A program made the translations under genes and the position numbers. From Eledone cirrhosa (Eukaryota): a stretch of DNA of 64,000 nucleotides. The stretch is taken from positions 157,294,001 to 157,358,000 of the forward strand of contig OZ024742.1 in NCBI GenBank assembly GCA_964016885.1, written 5' to 3'. Shown here piece by piece: positions 14,667 through 29,665 of this stretch. The notes beneath the pieces were generated by a model. The model searched no databases. It saw only the letters and a list, made by a program, of their open reading frames with translations, and was not told the origin of the DNA. Position 1 is the first letter of the stretch. Each line of letters opens with the position of its first letter.

Positions 14667-14952
14667 TAGATATATATAGATATCGAGAGAGAGAGAGAGA
14701 GAGATGTGTGTGTGTGTGTACTTGTGTGTATGTGTGTGTATGTGTGTGTGTGAATGTATGTATGTGTTTGTATATACGCATACGGAATGGGAAAGAATGG
14801 AAGAGGGCTGTGACTAGAGAGATGTGCAAGGGGCTTCTGAATTTCATGGAAGGGTAATGTGTATGACAAAAGTGTGTATATAAGTAAACACATGCACAAG
14901 TATATGAATACATATATATGTGTGTGTGTGTGTGTGTATGTATATATATATA

Positions 14953-15200
14953 TTAATGAAAACGAACAAAGGAACAAATTATGAAATTATAACAAGTTTA
15001 TTGCCGACAGCCGTTTCGTCCGATCTTATGGTGGGGTTTTCAAGGCATATAACAGGTGATTGTGGGTTCATTATCTACATCAACGTTTCACTCAAGATTA
15101 GCAGTTTGAAATCGTGGTATACGTCAACAGCTCAGCTTGTATATTTGGGGTCTATATTCTAAGGGGGCTCTTTTATATTAGTTGTAGGAGTTGTAGAAGC
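14953..15200 (-). mobile_element. pLTR end with degenerate HHR
   Basis: Minus strand 15002-15047: TGCC-TTGAAAA-...-GAAAC-GGCT-GTC-GGCA, then ATAAA and (TA)n. The inner boundary is uncertain. Confidence 0.5.
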
Positions 15201-17226
15201 GATGGGTTATAGGGAGTTAAGAGAATTTGAAAAGGGCTTAAGAGTTAGGGATTGAAGGTTAAAAATTAAAGAATTTATAAGTTACGCATTAAAAGTAAAA
15301 GACTTGGGATCTCGTAAAAGCACCTTTAAAAATCCCTCAATAAGCGCATAAAGCTTATAAGCCCCAATAAACCTAAAAAACCAGAAGAGATTAAGATAAG
15401 CAAAAAAAATAAAAATGAAATTTAAAAAAAATAAAAATAAAAAATTTCATAAAAAATTCCTTCAAAAGTAAAATTTTTTCTAAGAGATTCTCTTAAAAAA
15501 TTTTAGAAAATTGGTAAAAAAGTCCAGTATGGACTTGACTGGGGTGGTATAATTAGTCTCTTGCTATTATCCCCTCCTCTCACCAATTCCAAGTTCACAC
15601 GCGACTGGTCAAATGCTAAGGGCTGTCCCCTCTTTGTTTGTTGTAGGGGTCGGTTCTAGCTTAGATGGTGGTCGTGTTATCCATGTTGCTTCTATATCCC
15701 GTCAGTCATGCATATTCAAGACAGATCATGATATATATTTGCAGATATTTGCGGGTATGGTCCGGCGTCTACGCTATCCAAAGGGTCTCTCTTGTGATAT
15801 TTTCAAATTCGCATGTCAACTCCCGGTTAAGTCTGCGCATGCTTCGGTGAATCCCGTGCATGGAATCATGGGGTATCATATTACACGGGGTGACTAGCAG
15901 AAAATACACACTCCATGCTATAGCGCACGCGCAGGCCTGTGGCTACGACCATGTCCAGTCTCTGGTAGTAGCAGACATCAGGTAGACCAGCAAGACACAC
16001 CCCTGTTCAAGGGGCACAACCCCTAACTTATCGGGTGGTCAGACATCAAGGGAGTCAACTCTCCAAACCCATTATTAATAAAGAACCCATTATTAATAAA
16101 GAACTAACTCCCAAAAAAAATCACTATTATTAAAGAACTAACTCAAAAGAAATGAATGGGAGAGAATGGGGAGGGGGATCTATTGGGGTGGGGTTTACTA
16201 CTTGGGGGGGGGGGGGGGGTTGATTGGTTATAGGCAGGGAACGGCCGCCACATTGGGTGCTCCGCTACTGTTCCCTTGGTCAAATTCCCGAATTTGTTGA
16301 TATGTATCTCCGACGGTACATCCTCAGACCAGTCAACGTGGTTCCAGGCATTCGCAATATCCCACACTGCAGGCAACAGCTGCCCCCAGGGCGCCCAGCA
16401 ACAATGCTGCCACCAATCCCAAGTTGGCAAGCGGGACACAGGATCGACTGTTCCTCACCAGAGTCCCCATCGGCAAGTGGGGAGCTGAGGCATCAATGGG
16501 GCCGGGGTTACTCAAGAGCACCCTATTTGCCAACGGAGCAGCCATGTGTGAGACAGGGTGGGGTCAGGGTTAGGTGACTGGTCTGAAGAAAAAGAAAGAG
16601 CTAAGTATATTATGGGGGCAGGACGAGAAGATTTCTGACCTCCTGTTGAGCAAGTTAAGTCCTGAGAATACTATGGCATGAGATTCATTTAGGCACAGGA
16701 TACAAAACCTGCTCAACGAGCTATATGGAGGAGCTTCTCAGTGTGTGGTCATGCTCCTTTCTTATAGAAATCTACGATATAGAACTTCTTCAATTGAAAT
16801 TTACAATTCAGTATTCGAAATAGTTTCGATTGCGTCTTGGCACATCTCATTCTTTCAATATCACCCACAATTACGCAAAAAATAGATAAAACTCAATATT
16901 TTACGATGTTTCTCTGTCATTTAAACTGCTAAACTCTTTCCACTACCATTCAAAATCTATACAACTTCATACTTTCTGCTACTTTCTCTTTCCAAGCTTG
17001 ATGGTGATACTGTCCGTTTTACTCTCTCATATCATCTGCTTAACTCTATCTACAACCCACACATTTTGCTACTTTCTCTGTTATACTTCAAATTATTACA
17101 TTTCATACGAAACGACAATTATTCAAAAGTAACAGATACATTTATTCAACAACAAGCGATAAATCTTTTTTAAAACCTCTTTTCCAAACGCATACAAACA
17201 CACACTCACTTCAACAACAACAATAA

Positions 17227-17573
17227 TATCCTCTATGAGGTCACTAAACCTGCCAGAAATAGCAGCTAACTCTCCCCCATACCACACCCCTCCCTACTGT
17301 CTTAAATTTAGAAAACATATCTTCTATGAGGTCACTAAACCTTCTAGAAACAGCAGCTAACTCTGCCCCATATCACACCACCCCCTACTGTCTTAAATTT
17401 AGAAAACACATATCCTCTATGAGGTTACTAAACCTGCTAGAAACAGCAGCTAACTCTCCCTGATATCATACACATCCCTACTGTCTTAAATTTAGAAAAT
17501 ATATCTTCTATGAGGTCACTAAACCTGCTAGAAACAGCAGATAACTCTCCTCGATATCACACCACTCACTACT
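17227..17573. repeat. Tandem repeat, ~90-bp unit, about 4 copies
   Basis: Unit TATCCTCTATGAGGTCACTAAACCTGCTAGAAACAGCAGCTAACTCTCC...CTACTGTCTTAAATTTAGAAAAC. Confidence 0.9.
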
Positions 17574-17574
17574 G

Positions 17575-18120
17575 ATGATTCTTTACAAACATGCTAAAAT
17601 CGAACACAAGGGTAAATTAGAGAACATAGAAATAAAAATAGAATCTACACACAGAAAAGACGCAATGTTTAGACAAATCACAGAGGCAATAAACATAAAA
17701 GAATTACAACCAAAATGAAATAGAAAATACGAGTGGAACAGCAACATCACAACTTACAATTAAGGACAAAATGAAAACTCACACACACATAGAACAAACA
17801 ACCAACCAGTAACATGTAAATAAACAAATAAATAAATGTACATAAACACACACAGACACCCGGATGTGGCGCATGCGCAGACTGAGCACACAACACACAC
17901 ACAGAAACAAAATGGCGTAGGACAGAACAAAGGAGAGGCACAAAAACAAAGAAAAGAATCCCCAGTCACTGAAGAGGTCACAGAATGTGTGACGAAAGAA
18001 CTTTGACAATATATAAACAACTATCTGGCTGTGGAACCAACCAACCAACCAGAAATTTATAAATTACTAAATTTATAAAAATGTTTATAATAAATTGAAG
18101 TGAAAGCAACTGGTGAGTGT
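17575..18120 (+). mobile_element. PLE 3' fragment: GIY-YIG C-terminus and pLTR
   Basis: LYKHAKIEH...MFRQITEAINIKELQPK*NRKYEW resembles PLE endonuclease ends; followed by an HHR. Confidence 0.65.
17965..18007 (+). ncRNA. Minimal type I hammerhead ribozyme motif
   Basis: GTCA-CTGAAGA-G-GTCACA-GAATG-TGTGAC-GAAA-GAAC-TT-TGAC (stem I GTCA/TGAC, stem II GTCACA/TGTGAC). Confidence 0.75.
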
Positions 18121-18158
18121 GTTTCTTATTGGCAACACGACCCTCCCAAAGTATAACA

Positions 18159-18291
<133 letters not shown>

Positions 18292-19044
18292 GTAATAATT
18301 GTCTCTACTTTAGGCACAAATAGTAATAATAATAAATTTGAAGACTAAAATCGAAAGAGGGCTCGATAAGGATAAATATATATACCTAGAGCAAATATTT
18401 ATTAATATATATACGATATATATATATTAATATATATATATATTTAGAATTATAGGATGTCTATATGAATATATATATATATAGACCTATATATGTCTAT
18501 ATAATTATATATGTAAAGGTATGTAATAGGCTCATATAGAATAGACATGTGTAGCTTCGCTGCCGAAAAGAATTTATTTTTCTCTACTTTTCACTGCCAA
18601 TATCTCACATTGCGTTGCTAGTATGTTCTGAGAATGTCAGACAACTGTTTCAAGATTTGTTAATCTTTCGTCAGTGACACTCAGAAAGAAGCGGCATGAA
18701 ATAGAATATAGTCTACATAAAATTTTGCGTGATAATCGTTTAATTTAGATTCACATTTGATTATAGCAATGCAGAAAACATTGGCTGGATGTGGCCATTA
18801 TCATGTAGTGCGAGCTTGACCGTTAATATTCAATTGGATGACATTTAAGACTAATAGAGTTTTATATGGAAACATATGTAAACGTATATTATATTCACCA
18901 GCAGAATAACCGCCCTCCGCGCGCTTTTCTGCTAGCATATATATAGTGTGTATATTGATATATGCAAATATATCTGCACATAGATATAATACGTAAATTG
19001 ACAATATGCACATAAACTGAACAAAGACTGTGTTACACTTACTT

Positions 19045-21880
19045 CTGTAATCAATTACGTGATTATGTAAACTGATGATGATGTAGCGTGTACCATTGCA
19101 ATGCCCGTTTAGAGGATCCAGATTTCTCAGAAGCATGATGTAACTGCCTTTCTTCAGTTTAAGCATGTGTGTTGGGAAGCCTGATGGGGTAAGTTTGTTG
19201 TTGAACTCAATTGGATATTGCAGTTCATTGTCTACTGTATCAGTGCTTCTGTAGATTATTTTATGACCAGGGAACTTGTTGACCATGCATTCATTCACCA
19301 ATCTTGCTACATCATTTGTTGGAGTGATAATGGCTCTATTTGCAAGCTAGAGTGAGTTTGTGTAGTTTCCTGGAAGATTTGTATACACAAAATCACACAG
19401 TCCAGACACATTACCATATTCCAGACAAAGTTCATTTAGGCAGACGAATTGTGAATGCACCTACAGTTAAAACTGCTGGAATGTTAGCATTTCCCACATC
19501 AGGAAGGTAGTTTGCAAACTGTCTTTCATCAGAATCCTCTGCATTCATTAACCGTTGATTGGTTGTCATCTCCATGGTTTCCACATTGTCCCAGAGATAG
19601 GATCTCTTGATGGTTGCCTCAAATATTTGTGGTCTAGCACGTACAACTGCAAGAATTTGCTTCCAGTCACCAGATAGTAATACTGTTAGACCCCCCCAAA
19701 ATGACCTTTTGCAATCTCGAACATCTTTGAAGCTCCTGTCAAGGCATTCAAAGATATGCTTATGTTCCATGCTTATCCCATCAATGATTAGCAGGTCAGC
19801 TTGCTGCATAAGTTTACCTGTGTCATTCCTTTTTGTGAAGAAACAAGTTGATTCAGAAGTCACGTTGAGAGGAATCTTGCAATTGGAATGAAGAGTTCTA
19901 CCTTTGTGAAGCAAAGTGACTGCTATTCCAGATATGGCAGTGGCAAGTGCAATTTTGTTTTTTAGATCGAAGATAATCCAATAGTATGTTTATGACATAT
20001 GTCTTTCCTGTACCTACACTTGCATTCAAGCAGAAAAGTATGCCTTCATTTTCATTTACAGAGGAGATTACTTTGTGAAAAATAACCAGTTGCTCAGGAT
20101 TCAATGTTGGCAGAAGTTTAGTTATGTTTGCTTTCAGTTGGTGTGTATTGAAATCAGTTTCTGCCATAAGAACCCTGTTGATATCTGGTATGGCAACAAT
20201 AGTTGAGTCTGACCGAGGAAGTCCATAGTTGACATGAATGTCCAAGCCATCATGTTGAAGTCTTTGTTGGATCTTCTTGCATGGACATGACTTGCACGTT
20301 GCATGGACATGATATCCTCTACAAGGACATCCTTCCATTTCTCCCAGAACTGCAGAGTGTTATTTGGCATGCTGTACAATAAAATGGTGCAGAAGATCTC
20401 TCGCAGCTGAGGACCAAGGCATTATGGTAGGGGCCTCTTCCATAGCTTTGTTTTTTTCTCCATCTTCATCTAACAGACCTGCATGCTTCTTGGATTGTTG
20501 GAAATTCAACTCCTTCAATTGTCCTAAAATCTTTGTAAGTTGACCTAGCCTTGTGATGTAGGATCATCCTGAGGTAATATCATTCAAATTGATGTCTTCT
20601 GAGAGACACTGTTGGGATGCGCCCAAGAGATTCACTCATAAATTGTTGATCACCATCCAGATGTCTCTTTTTTCTTATTTGCCACCTTTTCTTTGTCCAA
20701 GTGAAATATTTAGGAATATCAATATACAATATGTTTTGTGCCAGTAGGTCTCTAATATTCAGTTGTAAATATTCCACCAACGTAGTCATTGGCTGTCCCC
20801 TAGAAACAATACTTTCTTCCTGCCCTTGCTCATACACGACCATTTGTTCCCCATGTAAATGGCAAGGCAATTTTTCAGCTGGCGGTTTTCGATGATGTAA
20901 TGGAAATTTATACATTCTCCAGAATGCTTCACTGGCTGAGATGTACCGTGCATTGATATAGGTCTCAATCTCATTTTGGGCATGGACACAATTTCCTTGA
21001 TCATCCTTAATAGTGAAAGTGATCTTGTCTGATCCTTTTGTGATGTACTTATATAAGTATATAACAGCCTTGACACTGTGGACAACCTCACAATTGATGT
21101 GGCACTGATATATCAATGACAGGAAAAGGTTGTATGGAACAATCCAACGATTATCAACACTAAATTCTTGACCTTTAAGTTGGATTGTATGTGTGTGACC
21201 ACCATGCTGTCTATCCCTACTTCTATACTCCGGAAAGGAATTTTTGGCAAACAAATGTGGTTTGTCTGAAAGTCTTGGGATAACTGTTTGAGCAATGGCG
21301 TTGTTGTCCTAGCCGTTCATACATAAGCACATCGTATTAGCTTGTCCACGTGGGCCATGAATGTTGCAGGATGTGATGATCTTATGCAGAATTGGATTGG
21401 TCTCTTTATCAGAAATCTAACAGTACACTACCTGATCAATGGCATCAGCAGTTTTGGGCTTGCTATCTTCAGCCATTATCAGCAGAATATCAGCATGAGT
21501 GAGGCCTCGTTTTCTGCCACTCTATTGTAGCAGAATGAGCCTCAACTTTTCCTAGGACATACTTTTTTAGTATATGTCATCCATGAGGCTGTCATACTTG
21601 ATCTTGAAGACTCTTGCACAAATATCAGGACGGTCTCTAGGTTCTTCACCAGGGTGCAAACTATTTTTTTTATTTCATCCCAGTTAGTGTTAGTTGCTAC
21701 CGTGATGAAATAAGATGGCTTTCCCATGTGTCGAACCACAGCCATCAAATTCTCAAAGCAATCACTGTAGAAGCGAGGGACCATAGATTGAAGGAGGAAG
21801 AACACTTCTCCGGCCTGCACTTGTTTCAGACGTTAGACTGTGCCCATGCTGGGGTACCACGATTAAAGGATTTTCTTGAC
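19045..21880 (-). mobile_element. Helitron Rep/PIF1-helicase pseudo-ORF (decayed)
   Basis: Rep motifs GKPSYFITVATNTNWDEI, IEWQK-RGLTHA and VDNRWIVPYN...HINCEV...YLYKYITKGSD, ARYISASEAFWR. Helicase motifs GTGKT, GRTLHS, LLIIDGISM, GGLTVLLSGDWKQ, IMLLRNLDPLNGHCNGTR. Many frameshifts and stops. Confidence 0.93.
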
Positions 21881-21989
21881 TTCAATTCCAGTACATATAT
21901 TTTAAAATCTAGTGCTTATTTTATTGATCTCTTCTATTCTCTTTGAAACGTATGTGTGTGTCTATGTGTTCATATGTATGATGGTACCC

Positions 21990-22240
21990 TATCGCTTGCG
22001 ACGATGATTCTTCCAGTTAGGTTTCTCAAATGAAACAGCCTCAAATTAATGTGAGTGTCTGAGCATTCCATAGACACGTATAACGGAGGGTTTCAGGGTG
22101 GGACTACATTGCTTCTTCGACTTACTGGCAGAGTACACTTTTTTTTTACTTCAGTGGAGAGAAGAAAGGCGAAATAAAGTGTCTTTCTCAAGAACACAAC
22201 GCACTGATGGGATTCGAACACAAAACATTACAAGCACGAG
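21990..22240 (-). mobile_element. Second, older tRNA-derived SINE family
   Basis: Minus strand B-box GTTCGAATCCC followed by GCGTTGTGTTCTTGAGAAAGACACTTTATTTC. Confidence 0.55.
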
Positions 22241-22364
22241 ATACACACACGAACATAAACGCACACACATATGCAAACATTCACAGATACAGTAACACAC
22301 ATATGCACACACATAAGCACACAGATACACACACATGTACATATATAAATAGACACATATATAT

Positions 22365-22422
<58 letters not shown>

Positions 22423-22914
22423 ACTTATGCACAAACACAGATACACACATATACACACACATAAACACACCACACATACATATCGATATATATATATATA
22501 CGTGTGTGAGGAGTCTATATACTTATCAATGATAAAAAGAATATACACCTGTGGATTGAATCATTGGTACTGTAGTACATTATCTTTTCCTTATTTCCAA
22601 TTTTCACATCTTCACATACATGCACACAACCACATATACAGATAACCACACTATGATCTATCTTTCTATCTACCAACCTATATAACTACGTATCGATCTA
22701 TCGACCCATCTATCTACCTGTCTATCTACCTCTCTCTCACACACACACAAATATATTTATTCTAGAGAGTGTGTCCGTTGTATTTCAGGAATTACGAAGA
22801 ATTTGATAATTACTTCATCCGGGGAGGATTAATAATTGCTTCACTAAAATGGGAAGGCGATTTGTACGGTATGTATGTGTGTCTATATATATATATATAT
22901 AGTACTGAGCACCA

Positions 22915-23158
22915 TTCGAAATGCGCACATTGGGCCATCCTTCGCGCATGCACACATCGGACCAGCCGACGTGCACGCTCATTTAGGTCTAGACTTCGTG
23001 CATGCGCAGTACGGATCAGCCTTCGCCCATGCGCACTTCCGACCAGCCTTCGCGCATGCGCACTTCAGAGCAGTCTTCGCGCCTGCGCAACGCGGATCAG
23101 CCTAACGCATGCGCTTTTCGGACAAGACTTCGTGCATGCGTACTTCGGACCAGCCTTC
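22915..23158. repeat. 27-bp minisatellite, about 9 copies, with a GCGCATGCGCA core
   Basis: Consensus CTTCGCGCATGCGCACTTCGGACCAGC repeated in tandem. Confidence 0.9.
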
Positions 23159-24505
23159 CAAAAAGCGGGGCTGGACTAATTTTCTTTAACCTTCCTTGTA
23201 AAATCTTTGAGATAGTACCTAATGTACCTATGACAATCGGGACAACCTTGATTTCATGGGAGTTCCAAATCCTTTTTACTCCCATTTTACGTCCTGGTAT
23301 CGGTTAATTTTTTCCCTCTCCTTCACTTGCACTCTCGTGTCAAATGGGCAGGCTACATCTAGAATAAAGGCACGATCTTCTTTCATTGTCCAAAACCACC
23401 AGGTCAGGCCTATAGTGTTCGAACTTTTTGTCCGTCTGTATCCTAAAATCGCATAGCACCTCCACCTGATTGTTTTCTATCACCGACTCTGGTTTATGCT
23501 CATACCACTTCTCAGAATGTGGTAAATTGTTTATTTTGCATACGTGCCTGTGGGTTACCCTGCCCATCACATCATGACTCCAGCCTTTATAGTAAGTCTG
23601 GGCTAGTTGTTTACACTCGGATACAATGTGAGCCACAGTCTCCTCTCTCCCTCTTCCTAGATCCTACACAGTGAACTAGCCTCTTCCTTGTAAATATGGT
23701 GTTTCACCCACTTCGTTCTGAGGGCCTGCTCTTGAACAGCCATTAGCATTCCGTCTGTAGCTTTTTTCAGGTCTCCTTTTTAACCAGTTCCATGTCTGTG
23801 GATCTCTAAATTCAGTTTTCTTAAAGAAGGTACTATGAAGGGATTTTTCTGAATGTTGCTCTTCCTCCTTGTTGTTATTTCCTCCTTGGACATCCCCTGG
23901 TCTATTGTCCTCTCCTTCAGTACAATTTTGAGCATTGGCTCCCTACTGTCAGTCACATATTTGTGTAGGTTGTTTTTCTCCATCTGAACACAGTCCTCTA
24001 TGCTGATAAGACCTCTTCCACCTTCAGATCTCTTTAAGTGGAATTTATCGACATCACTCCTATTGTGGAACATTTTGTAGATAGTCAATAGTTTCCTAGT
24101 CTTCCTATCCATTTCTTTTTGTTCACCAACATTCCATTTTAAAATTCCCGCACTGTACCTAATAATAGACACAGCTCTGGAAGCCACTGCACTTATGACA
24201 TTCCTACTATTTAGAAGTGATTTTAATACGCTCCTTACTCTCCTTATGTACTCAGATCTTATCAATTCCTTCATTTATTTTGTTATTGATGTCATCTGCA
24301 TCCAGAACACCTAAATAGTTGAATCCCTCTTCAGTGTCAATTTCATTTATCATCTCAACTGTTGGTACCTGGATTCCGTTGCTTCTGCTCAGTTTACCCC
24401 ACTTCATCACCAGGACTCCACACTTATTAATATCAAATTCCATACATATATCATTGCTGAAAAGACGGACAGTCTCAACAAGTACATCCAACACCTTCTC
24501 ACTCC
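23155..24505 (-). mobile_element. R4/Dong-type LINE fragment (decayed; RT C-half, CCHC, REL endonuclease)
   Basis: Fragments align by eye to the 60811-62739 protein ([52 protein letters not shown]) with frameshifts. Confidence 0.9.
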
Positions 24506-24532
24506 AGATATATATGAATATATATATATATA

Positions 24533-25673
<1,141 letters not shown>

Positions 25674-26244
25674 CAATGACGAATAGTTACTCCTTCATTA
25701 CGTTTATTGGATATATATATATATATATACGTGTGTGTGTGTGTGTGTGTGTGTATTTGTGTGTGTGTGTGTGTATGTTTATATGTATGTGTGTGCTTGC
25801 GCGTATGTGTGACTGTATATCTGCGTGTTTATGTGCTGGTGTTTCTCGATGGTTGCATAACTCATCATGGAGTCGCTCTGTGTCGTAGACTCATACAGCG
25901 TGATTTGCATTTTCTAATCCTCGAGCTAGATATCCCAACACATGGATTTGACATCAAAGGGCATGGTGCCGGAACAAATATTTCTGATACGTATAGATAA
26001 AGTTCTAATGTGTATGCCAATTTGCCACACACACACTCCTTCAGTAACACACAGATATTCGCAAACAAGTCACTCACACATTAACATGCACACACACACA
26101 CACACAAACATTTACACACACACACATACATATATATATACACACACACATACACATGTATGTGTGTGTGTCTGTGTTTCTGTTTGTTTGTCTTTGTGTG
26201 TGATCATGAAGGAATATTTACATATATACGTTTATACGTATATA

Positions 26245-26347
<103 letters not shown>

Positions 26348-26983
26348 TGTTGATTTGATTAGTTTATACACAACATTCATTAGAGAGATTAGATAAATCC
26401 CGATTCTGCCAGAGACACATACTGTGCTATAGTTGAGGGAAAGTTACAAACGTTAAAAGGGTATGTAAAGATACACACATTCCCTTCCACATACGTACCC
26501 TCTTACAGACGCACAGAAATTGACATATACTCGTACACACAGATATAGGTATGAAAGTATGCACTTACGGTCGTGTGTATGTAATTATGTGTGTATGTGA
26601 ATATGCCTGTGTGCAAATGTTTGTGTGTGTATGTACGATTTTCATTAATCTTATTACAATAAATGGCGTTTGGTCCGAGCAAGCCGTTTTTATAATGCTT
26701 GTTACGAAATAACTTTATTAACATATGTTCACATGCTACAAATATATTTTAGTATGTCTGTATTATATGTATATGTATGAGTACATATATATATATAAAT
26801 AGAAATATTAAAACAATGAAATTAAACAAAAAAACGGTTAATTCATAGTAAATCTCATTATTTTAAACTTTGCTTCACGACATCTTGTACATACGGATTA
26901 CATTGAGTTCTTCATACGATTTTGACCCTACCATTGATTGGTAAATTTATCTGTGTATATATATATATATATATATAAAAACG

Positions 26984-27022
<39 letters not shown>

Positions 27023-27032
27023 CTGTGTGGTT

Positions 27033-27083
<51 letters not shown>

Positions 27084-27164
27084 TGTGTGTGTGTGTATGC
27101 GTGTGTGTGTGCGTGTGTGTGTGCGTGTGTATTTGTGTGTATCGAATACACCAGTATTATAAAG

Positions 27165-27353
27165 GGCGGTGAATTGGCAGTATCGGTAGAGGGTCGGACA
27201 CCATGCTTTGACGCATAGAGTTACGGCCCTTGTCATTCTGAGTTCAAATCCCGCCGAGGTTAACTTTGCCTTTCATCCTTACGGGGGTCGATAAAATAAA
27301 GTACCATTAATGTACTAGGTAATTGCTGGCCTTGTGCCAATAGTAGAAACAAT
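27165..27353 (+). mobile_element. Full-length tRNA-derived SINE
   Basis: A-box TGGCAGTATCGG, B-box GAGTTCAAATC, ATT tail; TSD TATTATAAAG at 27155-27164 and 27354-27363. Confidence 0.92.
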
Positions 27354-27709
27354 TATTATAAAGAAAAAGCAAATATATGTATATTCCTGCACAAACACGC
27401 ACAATCACACTCACACACATATATATAGACATATATATACATATATATGCGGGAGGAGGGGGGGTATACATATATATATCGGTTTCCACCAGTTTATGGT
27501 GAAGCCGATAAAGTTGTTCAATAGACACAATCACACACTCATATCAACAGGTTAGAATTTACTTCCTTTATACATTGTACAATCATTGTTTTAGATATTT
27601 CGATGAAAACTGTTATGCAATAGTTATGACCTTATCTACTAGCTATTAGTTGAACAGAAAAAAATACGCGATGATGGAATAAAAATTACTACTGCTCTAT
27701 AATTCATAC

Positions 27710-27763
<54 letters not shown>

Positions 27764-29477
27764 CGTTTACGTTGCGTCGTATAATTAATAGAATGCTGGG
27801 CTTCTGATCCATCCATTCCGATTAGCAGATCGTAATGCAATAAGCAAAGCATCCGACGTTATGCACACTTCCATCACAGACGTGTTATATTGTAGTTGGT
27901 AGAATAGTTAAATGCTTTAATGAAAATACAAAAAGCTTGATTCCAATATCTTCCACTAATGTTGCACAATGACATTTAATTACCTCATTCAAAACTGACT
28001 CTTCTTAGTGGTGGCACTAACGTTATAGGTTATAATTTACGTTAAAACCAACAAAAATAAAATAATTGTATATTTGGCGTTACATCATTTTATTTAGAGA
28101 CTTCGCATCACCTTTTTGCCAAACGTACATTAAATTGCATAATATTTCTTATGAAATCCGTTATGGTGCTGGCTAATCAAAATAGTTTCATACATTCAAA
28201 CATATAATCATGTGGGTTATTACTATTATTGTCAGTGGTGTCGTTGTTTATGATTTCGTTGTTGTAATTCTTTTTTGTCGATGCTGCTGTTAACCCGTTA
28301 CTGTTGATATGTATTTGTAGATATTTGTTGTTATACATTTACATTTCTCAGGAAAAATATATGGATTCATTTTTAACCCATATCTGCACATAATGCCTGT
28401 TAATTCTATACCAATAATTGCATTAACTTTCTTTTCTGTAATTCAATGTAAAAGCAGGAGACACTTATTGAATGCCATTGCATTCTGAAGTATTTTGCAA
28501 TTTCCTGTACATGTCAGTTGATGTAATATATTTTCTCGTAGAATTTAGCTCAGAACTCATTTTGTAACTACGAAAAAACGAATGCAAAACTTCATTTGTA
28601 ACATGTCATTAGCAATATATTCTAAATTTATTTGGAGTATATACAGGGGAACTATTAAATCTTTTATTTTTCCACATATTTTTTTCTATATACAAATGTT
28701 CGGGATTTTACAGTAAAGTCATTATTTCCTGTCTCACTATTGTAATTTCCACGATACCTTCCATAATAAATTGTAATGATGGAAGGTTTTATAGATTTAA
28801 TCTTCCTTTGAGGCATTAAAGGATTATATTATTTTTATCGAAATTTCTGAAACAATTTACATATCTTATACATCAGTTGTCTTATATTTTAAGGAAATAT
28901 CTCTGTATAAAATGGAAAAATAATTCCTGTTGCGTCATTCCTTGACAAGACTGATCTTCCCTTTCACTTCGTATATATTTTATCTGCAATTTATCATGAA
29001 CTACACTACTTTCTCAACTCCCACGTGATCTTTGCTTTAGTGTCTGAAAATTATATTCGTTTCGTCATACTTCATCTATGAAATTTAGTTCTTAGTATAA
29101 CTAGACAGACTTAAGTTACGAGCCATATATTATATGAATCTGATAAGTAGATAGATGAATATACAAACATATATAGATTATATGCACATAATCAAAAACT
29201 CGCTTACTCACAAACACACGTCTATATTACAAGAGTGTTTCTTAGCTTACCTTAAAAAAGTACAAATTCTACCGTAATGCATCAATTATTATTTGGCTAT
29301 ATTTCTCTGTAAATTGTCTCTACTTCGGGCGCTATAGTGAATAAGTGTATATATTTGCCTGTACTCGACCGTTGAAGCATACATAAACATGGATCTGGCT
29401 TTCATATACAGACGTGGGATATTCACATAAGCTTGCCATATTAATAACATAGACAGAAAACTAAGAAACATTTCAAA

Positions 29478-29665
29478 GGCGGTGGATTGGCAGTATCGGT
29501 AGAGAGTCGGACGCCATGCTTTCCAGCATAGTTACGTCCCTTTACGATCTGAGTTCAAATCTCGCCGAGGTTGACTTTGCCTTTCATCCTTACGGGGTCG
29601 ATAAAATAAAGTACCAGTAATGCACTGGGTAATTTGCTGGCCTTGTGCCTAAAGTAGAAACAATT
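29478..29665 (+). mobile_element. Full-length tRNA-derived SINE
   Basis: Same family as 27165-27353. Confidence 0.92.

Noticed and set aside
15240-16575. TTAGGG-like words
   Set aside because: Isolated hexamers, not a telomeric array
17227-17573. HHR in the 90-bp tandem unit (CTATGA...GAAAC)
   Set aside because: Lacks the CTGANGA core and has no stem I or cleavage triplet
19070-19535. CTGATGA / TCATCAG words inside the Helitron
   Set aside because: No stems or GAAA partner; chance matches in coding sequence
22915-23158. CRISPR-like appearance of the 27-bp repeats
   Set aside because: Contiguous degenerate tandem units without unique spacers, no cas genes, eukaryotic context
27165-27260. 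tRNA genes
   Set aside because: A/B boxes belong to SINE heads; no cloverleaf could be built
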